NCBI GenBank assembly: GCA_017499595.2 | Contig: CM038998.1 | Span: 930,001-994,000 of the forward strand | DNA from: Psilocybe cubensis | Taxonomy: Eukaryota | Reading direction: 5' to 3' | DNA: 64,000 bases | Shown here: one piece after another, positions 52,216 to 64,000 of the stretch | How positions within the stretch are numbered: the stretch's first letter is position 1 | Layout: every line of letters starts with the position of its first letter | The notes under the pieces: generated by a model | Seen by the model: the letters and a program-made list of their open reading frames with translations, nothing else | Told to the model about the DNA's origin: nothing | Databases searched by the model: none | Made by a program: the position numbers and the translations under genes

Positions 52216-55200
52216 TCATTGAAGTTCCAGTATTTTTAAGCCTGTGAGTCTCGCCCTGTCATGTACATATGTTTGCTCGAAATTCCGTAATACTGCGCTG
52301 GAGCATCATTAAAAACTTTTTTTTATGTTGGATCGCAGATATAATACGTCTCTCGTTCGGGCAGTCGAAACGGGATCTAACCGGATTTCATCTTGTTTCA
52401 TGTATCCAAATACCGACTCTCCCTGGTCAGCCTTTGTGCCTTCCTTATCAGGCCAGTCAAGCAGTCGAGTCATTGTACACTTTTGACGAAGAGGCCGCGA
52501 TCTGAAGAAACAAAGAAGCTTCTATTCTACTGAAACCTATGGGAAGGTGATCAAGATGAGAAGGCGGACAGTGACATTGACAACTGATACCCCTGAGTGA
52601 CTGCGACATAACTGGCTTTTTATTAATTTCGCCTCTTATCAAGATTCCTGGCCTCCGAATGGGACCTTGATCACCCATTTATTCCACCTATACAATGGCT
52701 AGAAGGACCTCAACTTGAACCAGGAATTGCAATTTTGGAAGCGGGAAAGTGCACTCCGCGGGATGTTGACTTATAGATGAACGACCAAACGCATCGCTGG
52801 CCATGAGTGCGTAGAGTCGAGTTAAAAAAGTAGAGAATATCGCCGACAGGCTAACACTAGAGTGTCTACATACCAATGTCGACCGACAACTGAGGAACCG
52901 AACGGGTAAAGCTCACTTCGCTTATAGTAAGCGACAACCTACTTTGCTGCTTGACTATCGTCAAACTGCCGAGTTGTTAAGATGAACACATATCTCTGGA
53001 TGCAACAGACCGTGTTCCACGGGCGCCTAACACCTCTGTAACAATAGATCGCGCTTAAGGCCTCATGAAGCTATCCAACATGCCAATCTGTTTCTTGAAT
53101 GCAATTTCAACCATTTTCTCGTCGCTGGTCGATATGTTATATCCTGGACACGGGGTTCACTCGTATCCCAATTTAAACGAGACATGGATCCGAGGAACTG
53201 AGAAGAAAACTGTTCCTATTTTGCATGCGGATCGCGCTTGTACCAACGGAGCTCAAATTCCCCCCCCACCTCCTCCCCTGACTGGCTCAATTTATATTAC
53301 GTGCTTCGCATTGAAATCCCCCCCACCCTGTATCATCTATTTTACTTACAGCGGACTCGCAAGTATCGAACGCACTAACATATCCATGGCACTAGAGCGA
53401 CCTCCAATGAAGATACCTGAGCTCACTGAGGTAGACGCCAAAAAAGCAGAATGTAACCCTTCCCATTCATTTCACTGGGCATACAGAGAGCAGGCAAGAA
53501 GTTGATTGTGGATTGCGGGTATGAACATGAGGTATATGCGATGCATTTATCAGAGAGATGTACCTTGCTATTATTTCTGCAAATTTTGAAAAGACCGAAA
53601 TTGTTATCCTGTTCGTCAAGCTCTATTTTATCCAACCGTTTCCTCGCGTTTTCCGTACCATTAGGGCGTAGGGTCCAGGCTGCGAAAACAAAAAGATATC
53701 TTGCCCAAGAAGATGCTTCTGGAGTATAAAATAAAGATTATCCAGATTCACAAAATCGTTTACATCCACTCAGTTTGAGGAACGTGCCAACCTAGAAGGC
53801 GTCACAGACGCTGGTACATTGAAAGTGATATTGCCCAGTCTTAAGGTGGCGACTGTCTCTAGAAGTGGTTTAAGTTTGTTCAAGAGCTGGTTCAGACGTC
53901 GTTCGGTGCCATCATTCGTAATGGCTGCGAGATCCTGAAGTTGAAGAGGTGTTTCCTCGAGGTGGAGAAGACTATCCTGTGGCCCAGAATAAACGCTGTG
54001 ATGGGTTAGTAAAAGGCGCAAAGGGTTTGTTTTTTCCATAACATGCGTTAACCGGAGAGAGGGAATCGGTAATGTTAGCTTACCGGTCAACCACTTTCGG
54101 AAAGTGTTGGCAAGAGGATCACTTGTCTTGAACCCAATTTGAACCAGTGTTTGTTGAGTGCTTGACTAGTGCTAACGACAAGGACATGATGTTCGGTTGT
54201 GAAAGATACCCAATTTGCATCAGCTTTATTTTCGATCAAGAAAATATTCGTAGACAAAATGAAAATCGTCGAATTTTTGTGGACGTGCATGTGGAATTTG
54301 ACAAGGCGGAATTAGGGCTGATTTCAAGGCACATCAAAGATATGATTCTCGGAGTTTATACTCTTGACCCCTATTTTTCTTTCACAACCTTACCACGCTT
54401 CAAGCTTCAAGTTGCGCAAGGTGGTGGGTTTCCATTAATACCAGACAAACTTCTAGTAGGAGAAATAGTGTCATAAATATAGATTAGTCATACCTGCAGT
54501 TCGGATTGAATTTTAAGACCATTCAGGAAAAATTGTACTGGTTTGAAGGAGTGATTGCCTTATCTCCACCAAAAGTCAACACGAGTTTTAATAATAAAAG
54601 GTCCTCCTGATGCTTTACAAGTTGGACTTGTGGAGCAAAACTCTAGATCCTAGCAACAATGGGAGAAACTTGGGACGAACGATGACAAAGAAGACCAGCC
54701 TTTGAAGAGTGGGCAACAAATACAGTTATTAGTTGAATGTCCCTACTTGAACAGAATGTCAATGGTATATTCATAGAGCCCAGAAGTAATCCTGAAACTG
54801 AAACAGTCTGAAAAAGGTGGATCCTGGAAGGTCAGAAACCCGAAAAAGAGTCTCAGAGAGGACGGGCGCATGGCGATTTCACACAGTGTGCTGTAAATTG
54901 TCGTACTATAGCGACCTTGATAACTATTAAGGACTGCAGAGGTACTATTTATGCATAATGTACTATTTAAGAGACAGAGCGTGATGTGGTCTGTAGTGAT
55001 GAGCTGATAACATCCTAATGTCCTGATGCATATGCTATCAATGATTTGTGGATCCTTTAATAGGGACCCCGGATCGGCGGATCGTAGTTATCCTGAGAGC
55101 TCTGTGTAGCTGTGAATGCCATTAACATCAAATTAACATCGCACGCACCATGGGATATCATGGGAAATAGAGAATACTGTAATATTTGATCAGTCAGTCA

Positions 55201-55579
55201 ACATTTCAATCCTAAAGGCTCAAGCGCTCAAAGTTCAAAGGCTTGCCCAGAAGTCATGTGAGAATGCGGTATTACTGGTCATGAAGGGGAGTGAATACCA
55301 GTGAGATAATGAGGTGAAAGAGGAGGCACACCACCTGATAGTCGGTGAGATGCTATATTTAGCTGAAGATGATCATCATCTACTGAAGCTTGATGCTTTG
55401 ATGCTTGAAGCCTATTCATGGAACAGGGATACAGACAGGTTAGTAAAATATGTAAGAACCTATAATTGTGCATAGCGTAGGACTAGTCCTTGATGTACTT
55501 GCCACACCCACATAAGTATATAACACGCTTTAACAGTAAACTCGTCTTTGTGCTCATTTCATCCCATCCCTCTACAGAC

Positions 55580-57835
55580 ATGGACACTCCCGAGATATCC
55601 TTTCCAGTGAACATTGAACAGCATGTCATTAGCGGAAATCTCAATAGTTCGATGCTGCAGAACTTTTTACTAGGTGAGAATTGTTGAGCTAACCTTTGGA
55701 TGCCATACGCATTGTATACTAACGCATGTTTATATTAGGAATGTACACAATAGTCTATGGTGGAACGGTCTACATCTACCGTACGCGGCCACGCTTGTCC
55801 TTTAATGGACAACCATAATCTACTGAAGCTAACATGATTCTTAGTGTCTAGAAAACCGTCAAACACAAATAATCGCTTGTGTCTGGGTGCCATTTCCGTG
55901 CTGTACCTACTTTCCCTGCTAAACGCCACAGCCTCAGGATGGTACTACATCAACTGGTCGCTTATCGTAAACGGGGACACCCGAGACTCCATGTTCCTGG
56001 CCTCTTTAGGATCCCCGGCTTGGGAGCTCCCGTTCCAGTCTCTGGTAACTGACCTTTCATTAGTCGTGTCTGACGCACTCCTGGTTGGTTGAGATCTTTT
56101 TGAATGTTCGGTGGACGGATTAATTGATCATTGGTTTTCTCGGCCACAGATTTGGAGATGCTTTCATGTCTGGGGTCAATCAATCAAAATCATTACGATC
56201 CCATCTTTGTTTCTGGTAGCAGAGCTCGGTACGAGACTTGAAAAGCTGTTCCATACAGTATACTTGACACATTTCTTGTGAAGGTCTTTCAGTCACCCAT
56301 ATATCATTTAACGGAGTCATAAAAGGCGCCCCCACCGACGCCAATGCAATCCTCATCAACAACATCAGAACTGCCCTCATATTCATCTCACTAGGTACCA
56401 CAGTATCCGTCACATTTCTCATTGGTGAAGAGATTGTAATGTTTTCCGTAGTAAAATCACACACACACACACACACACAGTTGTATATGTCAAAGTTACG
56501 GGAGTATTGATATCACAATTCTAAATAACGTATACAGATATTTAGGGGTTTGATTTGTATAGTAATTCAAGTTGTTTTGAGGGATTTGGTTAGGGTTTTA
56601 AAGATATATTGGATTTCACAAGACTAATTCTGAATCTCGAGTATAAGTGCTCTGGTCTTCCTTTGAACTGGCTGACTTCTCACTTTGCTTGACTTCTGAA
56701 CTTCTGACTCTTACTTAGTTCTGTGACTTCAATGCTATATCTCAAAACTTTATACTAATTCACTCGAAGACTCGTGGGTACGATCCTTCCCCTCAGCTCC
56801 CTCCTCGAGCTGTATTTATAGGTTTTTCACCCCGAACTGCCCGACGTTCTGATTGTACTCGGCTATCGTTTAACCGGCACTATTGGAAATGACTCCGCTG
56901 GGCGCTTATCCGTTACCGCGCTTGGCCTGCCTGCTTGTCTATTCTGTGTACCGTGACCAGGATCCTGCATTCTTGTTTATCAGACTGGTGCCTTGTCTTT
57001 CAGGGGCTGAGTTTTGTTATTATCATGACTTCCATCCACGTTAACTGACTTATCAAGCAGTAAGTTCTATTCTTATAACTGAGGTCGCCTTTCTTGCACT
57101 TGTTTATATGCTTTGTTACCGGCTATCCAGACTGGCCTTTCTCTCCGTTTGCCGTTCACGACACTCTGTGAGATTTCCCTTGCTTTCTGCCTCGTTAAGC
57201 TTGTGCTGTTTTACTTTGTTAAGCCCTATCTCAGTTATTTCATATTTGTCTCTGCTCGTTTTGATTTTACAGTCATATCCGTGTTTCTATGGCTGTCATG
57301 TGTGCACACACATCATTGGTTACAGGATACACACCGCTTCCGGGACCATTTCGGGATCAAAGAGGAGATATAACCACATTGTATCCGTAATTGTCGAGTC
57401 CAACGCAGTGTATTCCCTGGTGCTTCTCGTTGAAGCAATCATCACCGTTGTCCCGGGATTTTCAATTATCGAATCACCCGCTTGGCCGGTGTCAGAGTTT
57501 ATTGACACGATTCTGTTCACGGTAACGGTATGTGTGCCGTTCTTGATTATTGATCACACCACCCACCTATATACCATGCCTTATTTCAGGGATTGATACC
57601 GACAGTCATGATTGCCAGGCTCGCGCTCACCAGCTCCGAAAATAGCGACTCATCCGGAATCATAACTCATGTCTCTGCCCTCGATTTCAGCCCAGATAAA
57701 GGCAGCACCCGAAACGTGGATGCCCTGAGTGCGAGCGGTGAAATTATGAACTCCTCTCACTCTGTGCATGGAAAAAGCCAGCACGAAATTTTAATGATTG
57801 GGTCGGAGAAGAAGCCTGACGACAGTCAGGTTTAA
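55580..57835 (+). pseudogene. Multi-pass membrane protein (agaric-expanded 7TM-like family) interrupted by an 886-bp insertion
   Basis: Spliced ...GMYTIVYGGTVYIY...SDALL IWRCFHVWG...TFLIG // YRIH...VIVESNAVYS...GLIPTVMIARLAL. Read-through into the insert stops at TGA 56508-10. Confidence 0.75.
56427..57312. mobile_element. Non-coding insertion, solo-LTR-like, flanked by an 8-bp target-site duplication
   Basis: TCATTGGT at 56419-26 and 57313-20. Removing the insert and one copy restores FLIGYRIH. TGT...ACA termini at 56435 and 57312, minus-strand TATAAATA at 56813-20, (CA)11 at 56458-79. Confidence 0.75.
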
Positions 57836-58540
57836 GATAGTGGATAATCTTGCATTTATTTGGTGATGTGTCCTTGGAACTTGCACCATGATTCACAATT
57901 ATTTTCCGAATTTGGGGTAGACAAAGCTACATACTGCACCCTTATCTAACTTGCTTTACCGACATCGCTTTTTGTTCCCTACAGTCCTTGTACAGTCGAG
58001 TAAATCATTAGTGTACACTGGTAAAAAAGTTTCGGTTGTACTATATCCGCAATATCAATTCTGTACGTATACTCCTTCTCAACTCCTTGGACTCTACCGG
58101 TCATTGGCATTTCCTCGATTGGTCGAGATCAAACTCCGATCGACCTCCGAACAGCTTTCAACCACTGGCATGTGACATTTGAACATCCCTAAGAAGCTAC
58201 GGTTGGAATAGTTCTAAGGTCAATTTCGAATGGTTTAAGCGCCCATGATCATCGGCGCTTACAATGCTGCAGCGCGAGATCTAACAATTTCGAATGTATC
58301 CTATACTATCCAGAGGAATATTCCGGATACGTCAAGGGATCTAGTATCTAAAGTAGAACAAAGGAAGTCGAAAAGAACGCCACCAAATGGCTGGGCAGCG
58401 GCTTCAAAGTCCATCCCCGGCGGCGGTATTATAAATCATCGATATATGCGGTTAGTCTGAGCTCAGGTGGTACTTCACATATAAAAGGTGGGAGGGCCTC
58501 CTTCAGTTCCATCTCTTCCCACCTACAGATCATATATACA

Positions 58541-60024
58541 ATGATTCAACAGCCTCCTCCAGTACAGCTTCCAACCCTTGATGCACATGATGCAGCAGCA
58601 GCTCAGTCGGACCCAAACCACGCGTATTATTGGGCTTACGGGGACTGGGCTGGTGGATGGACACTCGATTTTGGACACTACAAGGGCATGCCCATGAACG
58701 AACTACCGTATTATGATTATCTTCTTTGGACTGAAGAAAATTGTCATACAGAACGAGTGCGTATCTTCTCACGAGTTATCGTACATTTGTTCTTTCACTG
58801 ATATGAATTTATACAGGTTAGTTTTCAACATGCATTGTATCAGTACACTATGGGACTTCAGGATCAAGTCAACAAGTGCCCTGGCGATTTCATTATTCCC
58901 TTCGAAAGCCAACACTGCGGAAAGTGTATCAAGGATTGTGGAGACGCATTTTTGAGGTTCCTCGTTGCTAAGCGCAAAACACCAGAAGAAGTACAGGTAA
59001 GCACATAGCAATTCTGGCAGCTCATCTCAGTTATTCAAATCAGGTTTCAACTTTCTGATACTCTTTCACGCAGAAATATGAGCTGTTCTACCTGGCTCTC
59101 CAAAATTATTTGAACCAATTGGCAAATCAAACCATTAAAAATCTAGGTGAGTCTTGACTCAGGTATGTATTGGGGAGCCTTATCTCAAGGAGTTAGAGCT
59201 AGAAGATAGATCTGACAGAGAGCATGTAGCCACCAGCAGCTCCCATTCAAACAAACAACTTGGATACATCTCTTCCCAGCCTACACAAGGTTTCTATCAG
59301 TCTTTCTTCTTGATTCTCTTGCTATTCCCCCTGTTTTATGTTAAAGCCTCCCGAGACCGGGATAATGCATGTTGGCTTTTGTAGTATACACACTTTACAA
59401 TTCTCACCAGGGACTTGTTTCATCATTGTCCCTTTCTTTGTGGCACCACCGTGGAATTCTTTCTTCTTTTTAATATAACGACTTATAACCATTTTCAGGA
59501 AGCAGTTCCCGTTTGAACTTTGGCCTTCTTACCCCGAGCAGCAGCCAAACCCAGCAAGATTTGCAACTTTCACCGCGTAAGCAAAATGCGAAAGGATTGC
59601 AATCCCCACGAAACCAAAGGTTGGTGATTTCTAAAAAAAAATAGATGGAAATATTCTTAAATTAACTCTACAGACACAAAGAAAGCGTTCCGTACCGACG
59701 AACCGAGCACAGTATCAGTAGGCATCATCCTCTCAGGGAATTCGAGACGAATTCTTACATTTATTGTCTAGCATCCACGCGACGCAACGATGCATTACCG
59801 CCTTGCTCCCCTCCGCTCACAGGTTACATTCTCACACGTACACTTGCTCATATACTTACCAAACGCATATATTGCCAGATTCTGATGAAGATGAGACGGG
59901 TGGGAGAGAGATCATTGTGATTGATAGCGACTCTGAGGCGGGCAGTAGCACTAGCAAGTCGGAACGGTCATACAAGAGTGCTCGTTCTCGTTTATCCCAT
60001 AGTAAGGCGGCTCTTTGGCATTAG
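58541..60024 (+). CDS. Paralog B of the uncharacterised family; first three exons intact, 3' structure uncertain
   Basis: YWAYGDWAGGWTLDFGHYKGMPMNELPYYDYLLW; exon 2 FQHALYQYTMGL...DFIIPFESQHCGKCIKDC; exon 3 KYELFYLALQNYL. TATAAAA upstream near 58480. Confidence 0.6.
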
Positions 60025-61253
60025 AATGATATGGGGAACTGATACTCCATGCCGTTATGGGAATAGCACCAATGAAGATCTCACGCCGCACCGTTTAAGT
60101 TTATCAGGAATCAGACTACAGCAGGCTGAAGGGTAGTCATCTTCATTCACGCTGCTGCACGCCAGTACGCAACATTTTCTTATCTGTATCTAAAATTAAG
60201 GAAGGACCTCATCATTAAAACGCACATTCAGGGAGCGCTGGAAAGGGATCAGGGGCAATGTGTGTATTCTATTCCTAGACCAAATATCTTGCGATTTGCT
60301 TGGCCTTCGAGGAAGTAAACTGTAATCTGTAATGCTTAAAAGATGGTTTTGTAGAGATCCTATCACTGGAATAAATGATGATAAAGTTTATCAAACCGTC
60401 TAAAAACCACAAATCCCAGTGTCACTGAGCAACAGTGAGCAACACAGGAACGAATCACACAAGATTGCGGACGCGAATCAAATGGCGAGGGAACTTCCGA
60501 CGTGCGGAGATCCAAACAAGGTGCTACGGAGATTCGGTGTTTGTTTCAAAAACAACTGCAACTTTAACCAAGCCACTTTGCAGAGTCGCACCACGGCACT
60601 CGGTCAACTTGCACACTCTTGTGTACTCTATTGGCCCAAATCGTAATGAGCCATGTTTTTGTAATCGAACAACTGGCTCACGGACGTCCTCCTATGGAGT
60701 TACTGGAGTTGACTAAAAAAGAGGCCTAGCGGAAGCGAAATGCAACCCTGGCCATCTTGTGTACTTCTAGGAAGTCAAACTCTCGGAAACTCGGTCAGAA
60801 TCCTTATTCTTCCAGTTACGTTGCAGAAACTTTACCTGCGAAAACGCAAAACGTCGAATTAAACTGGACTAAATTTCAACCAGTGCCAATTTTCATACTG
60901 TAGTATTCTGAATACCCACTCTTCGGGCATTCAAAATATGTTGCGTGTATTTGCTGTAAATGCCACATATCATGCCTTGTAAAACGGGATCGCAGAATAT
61001 TTATTGGGTCGATGGTCATGTTGGAGTCCTGTCCTCACCGAGTGTGAAAATTGTGAGCGCCTATTCGGAGATAAAATTAACAACTCTCGGCCTTCTGATT
61101 ATCAAATGGGACTAACCATTTTGACCCCTGTCTGCTATTGTGCACCCTCTACCCTAAACACTCATAATCAACCTTTCACTAAAATCGCCACCTTCCCTTT
61201 CTTTGCAACTAATTTTCAATCCCTCACACTTCCTAACAAATTTGATGATTGCA

Positions 61254-63199
61254 ATGGGCTGGACACCGCCATCTGGACGTGAACCTGCAGCGCTCGATCC
61301 CGCTTTGATAGACCAAGACGATCCGGAGTACGATTCCAGTTATGAAGCTTTCTATGGAGAACATGCGGGTGGCTGGATATTTACTTTCGGTAAGCATAAA
61401 GGCGAGCGTCCTCAAGTTCTGCTATAACAAACTTAAAAATGCTGTATGTGATGCTCTCCGGTCTTCTCCGTTGCCAACTGAATTGAAAATCGTAGCGAGT
61501 GTACCAAGAGGCGTTCCAGAGATATCGCAATGGTCTGCTGGACATAATACAGGATAAGTACGACGATTTTCGCGTTCCGATGGGAAAGAGGCACCGAAGG
61601 AAACGGCTGCGCGAATGTCGCGATAAGCCATGGATGACATGGCTCATCAGTTGGGCTAATAGGCATGAAGTAGTAAAGGACAAAGTGATGGCTTTAAATT
61701 CTTGATCTGCGACGTCCACTGAATCCTTTGAAGTATGACATTTTCTTACAGGCTCTTCGGAAATATCTAGATAGTCCGCGTCATCAAGGTGTTTACCGGG
61801 ATATAGGGGAGAGATTGCTTCCGGAGGAGTACGAAGGCGACCTGGAAGGTGAGGATGAATATGACAAGGAAGAATACAGCCAGGAAGATATCGATGACGC
61901 GGATGAAAATGGCAATCTAAGAGACTTTGTGGTGGACGACGATGTGGTTGAATACGAGGATGACGCGAACCAACGATCGTGAGTGATGTTCTTTCTGGTT
62001 CAACTCTGAGATTAACGCATCAGATTATCAGTATATTGAACGATACTGAGGATGACGACGCCAATTCAAGGACTTGTAGATCGCACACAAATCAATCCGA
62101 TTCAAATGACGATGATTCTGATTCATGCTCTGACTCTGACTCCGATGATAGCTATAATTCTCTGGTCTCAGATAATGCAGACTATATTGACCACGATCCT
62201 TTCCCTGCAAGTGTGTTCCCTATCATTCCATTTTTTACACTGTGCCGTGACATTTACTTTTATCGCACAGCGCCAAGAAAATGCCCCCCTAGCCCGCCGC
62301 CTGAACGGAACTCATCGGGTACCTTCCAGACCGTGTCTCAAACCCCGCGCAAAAAGAGGATAGTTGAGTCGTTACCCACTCCCACGCGTACACCATGCAC
62401 AAATAAGAAGCATATTACGTCCACGCCGTGTTCTGGGGATCCGTCGCCCAAACTTCAATCTAGAGGATACACCAGGACCCGGTGAGTGTATTTTGCCGCA
62501 TTTTATCACAGATATTTGATATTTAATCCTGTGCAGTGTCCTTATGTCTGACACTGAATCGGACTGCGCCTCGGATGAGGATGAAGAGCCAGCACAATCC
62601 GTTAAAGCAAACGTAGAAAGCGCTCAGATGTTTCAGCCCAAAACATGTATGAACGCAGTTTACCTGCCTCAAAGTATGTCGGCCATTTCACGATCTCCCG
62701 CAGTTTCTCGGTTTTACATGATGAATATATCAGCACCGACCAAACGGGCGACGCAGAAAACATCAGCAACTCTGGCGACGCCTCAAACAGGTGAATATAC
62801 ATTGCATCCGTACCTATTCTTTTCACCTATTCCACCGATCCAGATGTGGTAAGCGACCCGGAAGACGACACGCCCTTACCAGAATTGTATGAGAGATACG
62901 CGTCTGGAAACGGCAGCGACGTTTGGACACCAAAATCCATCAAGCATACTAAAGGCGCATCCCAGAAGGCACTCCAGCCCACTCTTCCTCCGACCCCTGC
63001 ACCTACACCGGCGAGAAAGAAACGTAAAGCTCAGGAGGCAATCGAGTCGGACTCGGAATACGTTGACAGTGGGTTGAAAATTTACACTGACCTGTATCCT
63101 GTCTGATAGTTATTTTTTTTTTCAGGTATCTCGCCTCGAAGGTATGCACAGCGAATGGAATCGCTTCGAACTCGAAACTCTCAGCGTAGAAAAGAGTGA
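61254..63199 (+). pseudogene. Paralog C of the uncharacterised family, frameshifted in exon 1
   Basis: YEAFYGEHAGGWIFTFGKHKGER then a frame jump at 61410 to LKFCYNKLKNA. Exon 2 DFRVPMGKRHRRKRLRECRDKPWMTWL, exon 3 KYDIFLQALRKYL...RDIGERL, then an acidic and S/T/P-rich tail. Confidence 0.65.
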
Positions 63200-64000
63200 T
63201 GTTTTTGTCTAAAATTTTAATCTTCAATTTCTTGGTTCGCAAACCTTTATGTGCACTTACCAAAGGACCTGAGAGGATCTCCCATACCCTCATAGACTAT
63301 CCCTGGTTAGAGATGGTACTTTTGTGACCTTGACTCGCAAGAGAACTCCGGTAAGGCCGTCTATCTAACCGCCTCGATGATGTTCCTGGAAAAGGGAGGA
63401 GACCAACCGAGCTAGGTCATCGCCTGGCATGATCATCAACGCAAGTTTTCTAAATTTATTTCCCATGGCGATTTTCAACTGTCTGTTGCTTAGCCTGCCT
63501 GCCAAACAAATTGATTTAATTTTGTTTTTCTTGTATTCTCATCTGGCTCTAGTCGACGATATAACCTGCCTGTATTGCCTGCTTTCATGCCTCTGAGTAG
63601 AATACCATCGAATGCATTTCTGTACAATTCTTATATGCTTTCCAGTGAGTAGCTGTCGATCATTCAATATGGCGCTGACGTGGTACAGCTTCATCACTGG
63701 TCTGCTGTTGTTGCTATTTTTGATTATCTTCAATTTCAGGATCAAAAAAGGCCATCAGATCAAGCTTCAAGTAGACATATATTGAACTGATAATGCAGGT
63801 CACTTGTTGTTTCATCCTCTTCCAACTCTCAGCTGCTGAGCAGCTGCATCTTCATATTTTTATTGGCCGATGCAGCAAGACGCTACTATGTCGAACACAG
63901 TAGAAGAACTCTTCGAATCTTTAACAGGGGCTCAGAACTCCGGCTACTTGACGATAGGGATGTTTGCTCTCACGGGTAAGCTCTTGATACCTTTCCCTCT

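Noticed and set aside
53255-53332. Two C-rich tracts with minus-strand G-quadruplex potential
   Set aside because: No linked gene or other supporting context; such tracts are common.
57108-57312. Hydrophobic ORF starting inside the insertion and fusing to the membrane gene's 3' half
   Set aside because: T-rich insert sequence gives hydrophobic codons by chance; there is no evidence of expression.

Overview
Intron-rich eukaryotic DNA, most consistent with an agaric basidiomycete (short GT-AG introns, CTAAC/CTGAC branch sites, micro-exons). About 0-50 kb is gene-dense. It holds an RPS9/RPL21 head-to-head pair, a XanA-like dioxygenase, four carboxylesterase/lipase genes, adenosine kinase, a C2H2 zinc-finger gene, dynactin p150, Raptor/KOG1, a five-module RNA-repair enzyme, SEC20, a thioesterase, eL28, RIX7, ETF-alpha and an SDR. 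About 50-64 kb is an accessory, decaying zone with three paralogs of an uncharacterised family (two disrupted), a multi-TM gene broken by an LTR-like insertion, and degraded ORFs. Four items stand out: (1) a three-exon DAP1/Dap-like gene, a candidate ribosome-dormancy factor missed by the ORF track; (2) a candidate H/ACA snoRNA in the long eL28 intron next to it; (3) the intronless 2H-phosphoesterase/TPR/phosphatase/kinase/ligase RNA-repair fusion; (4) the paralog family with a duplicated FGKHKG..LP..YL.W-type module. Gene models were spliced by eye and no searches were run.
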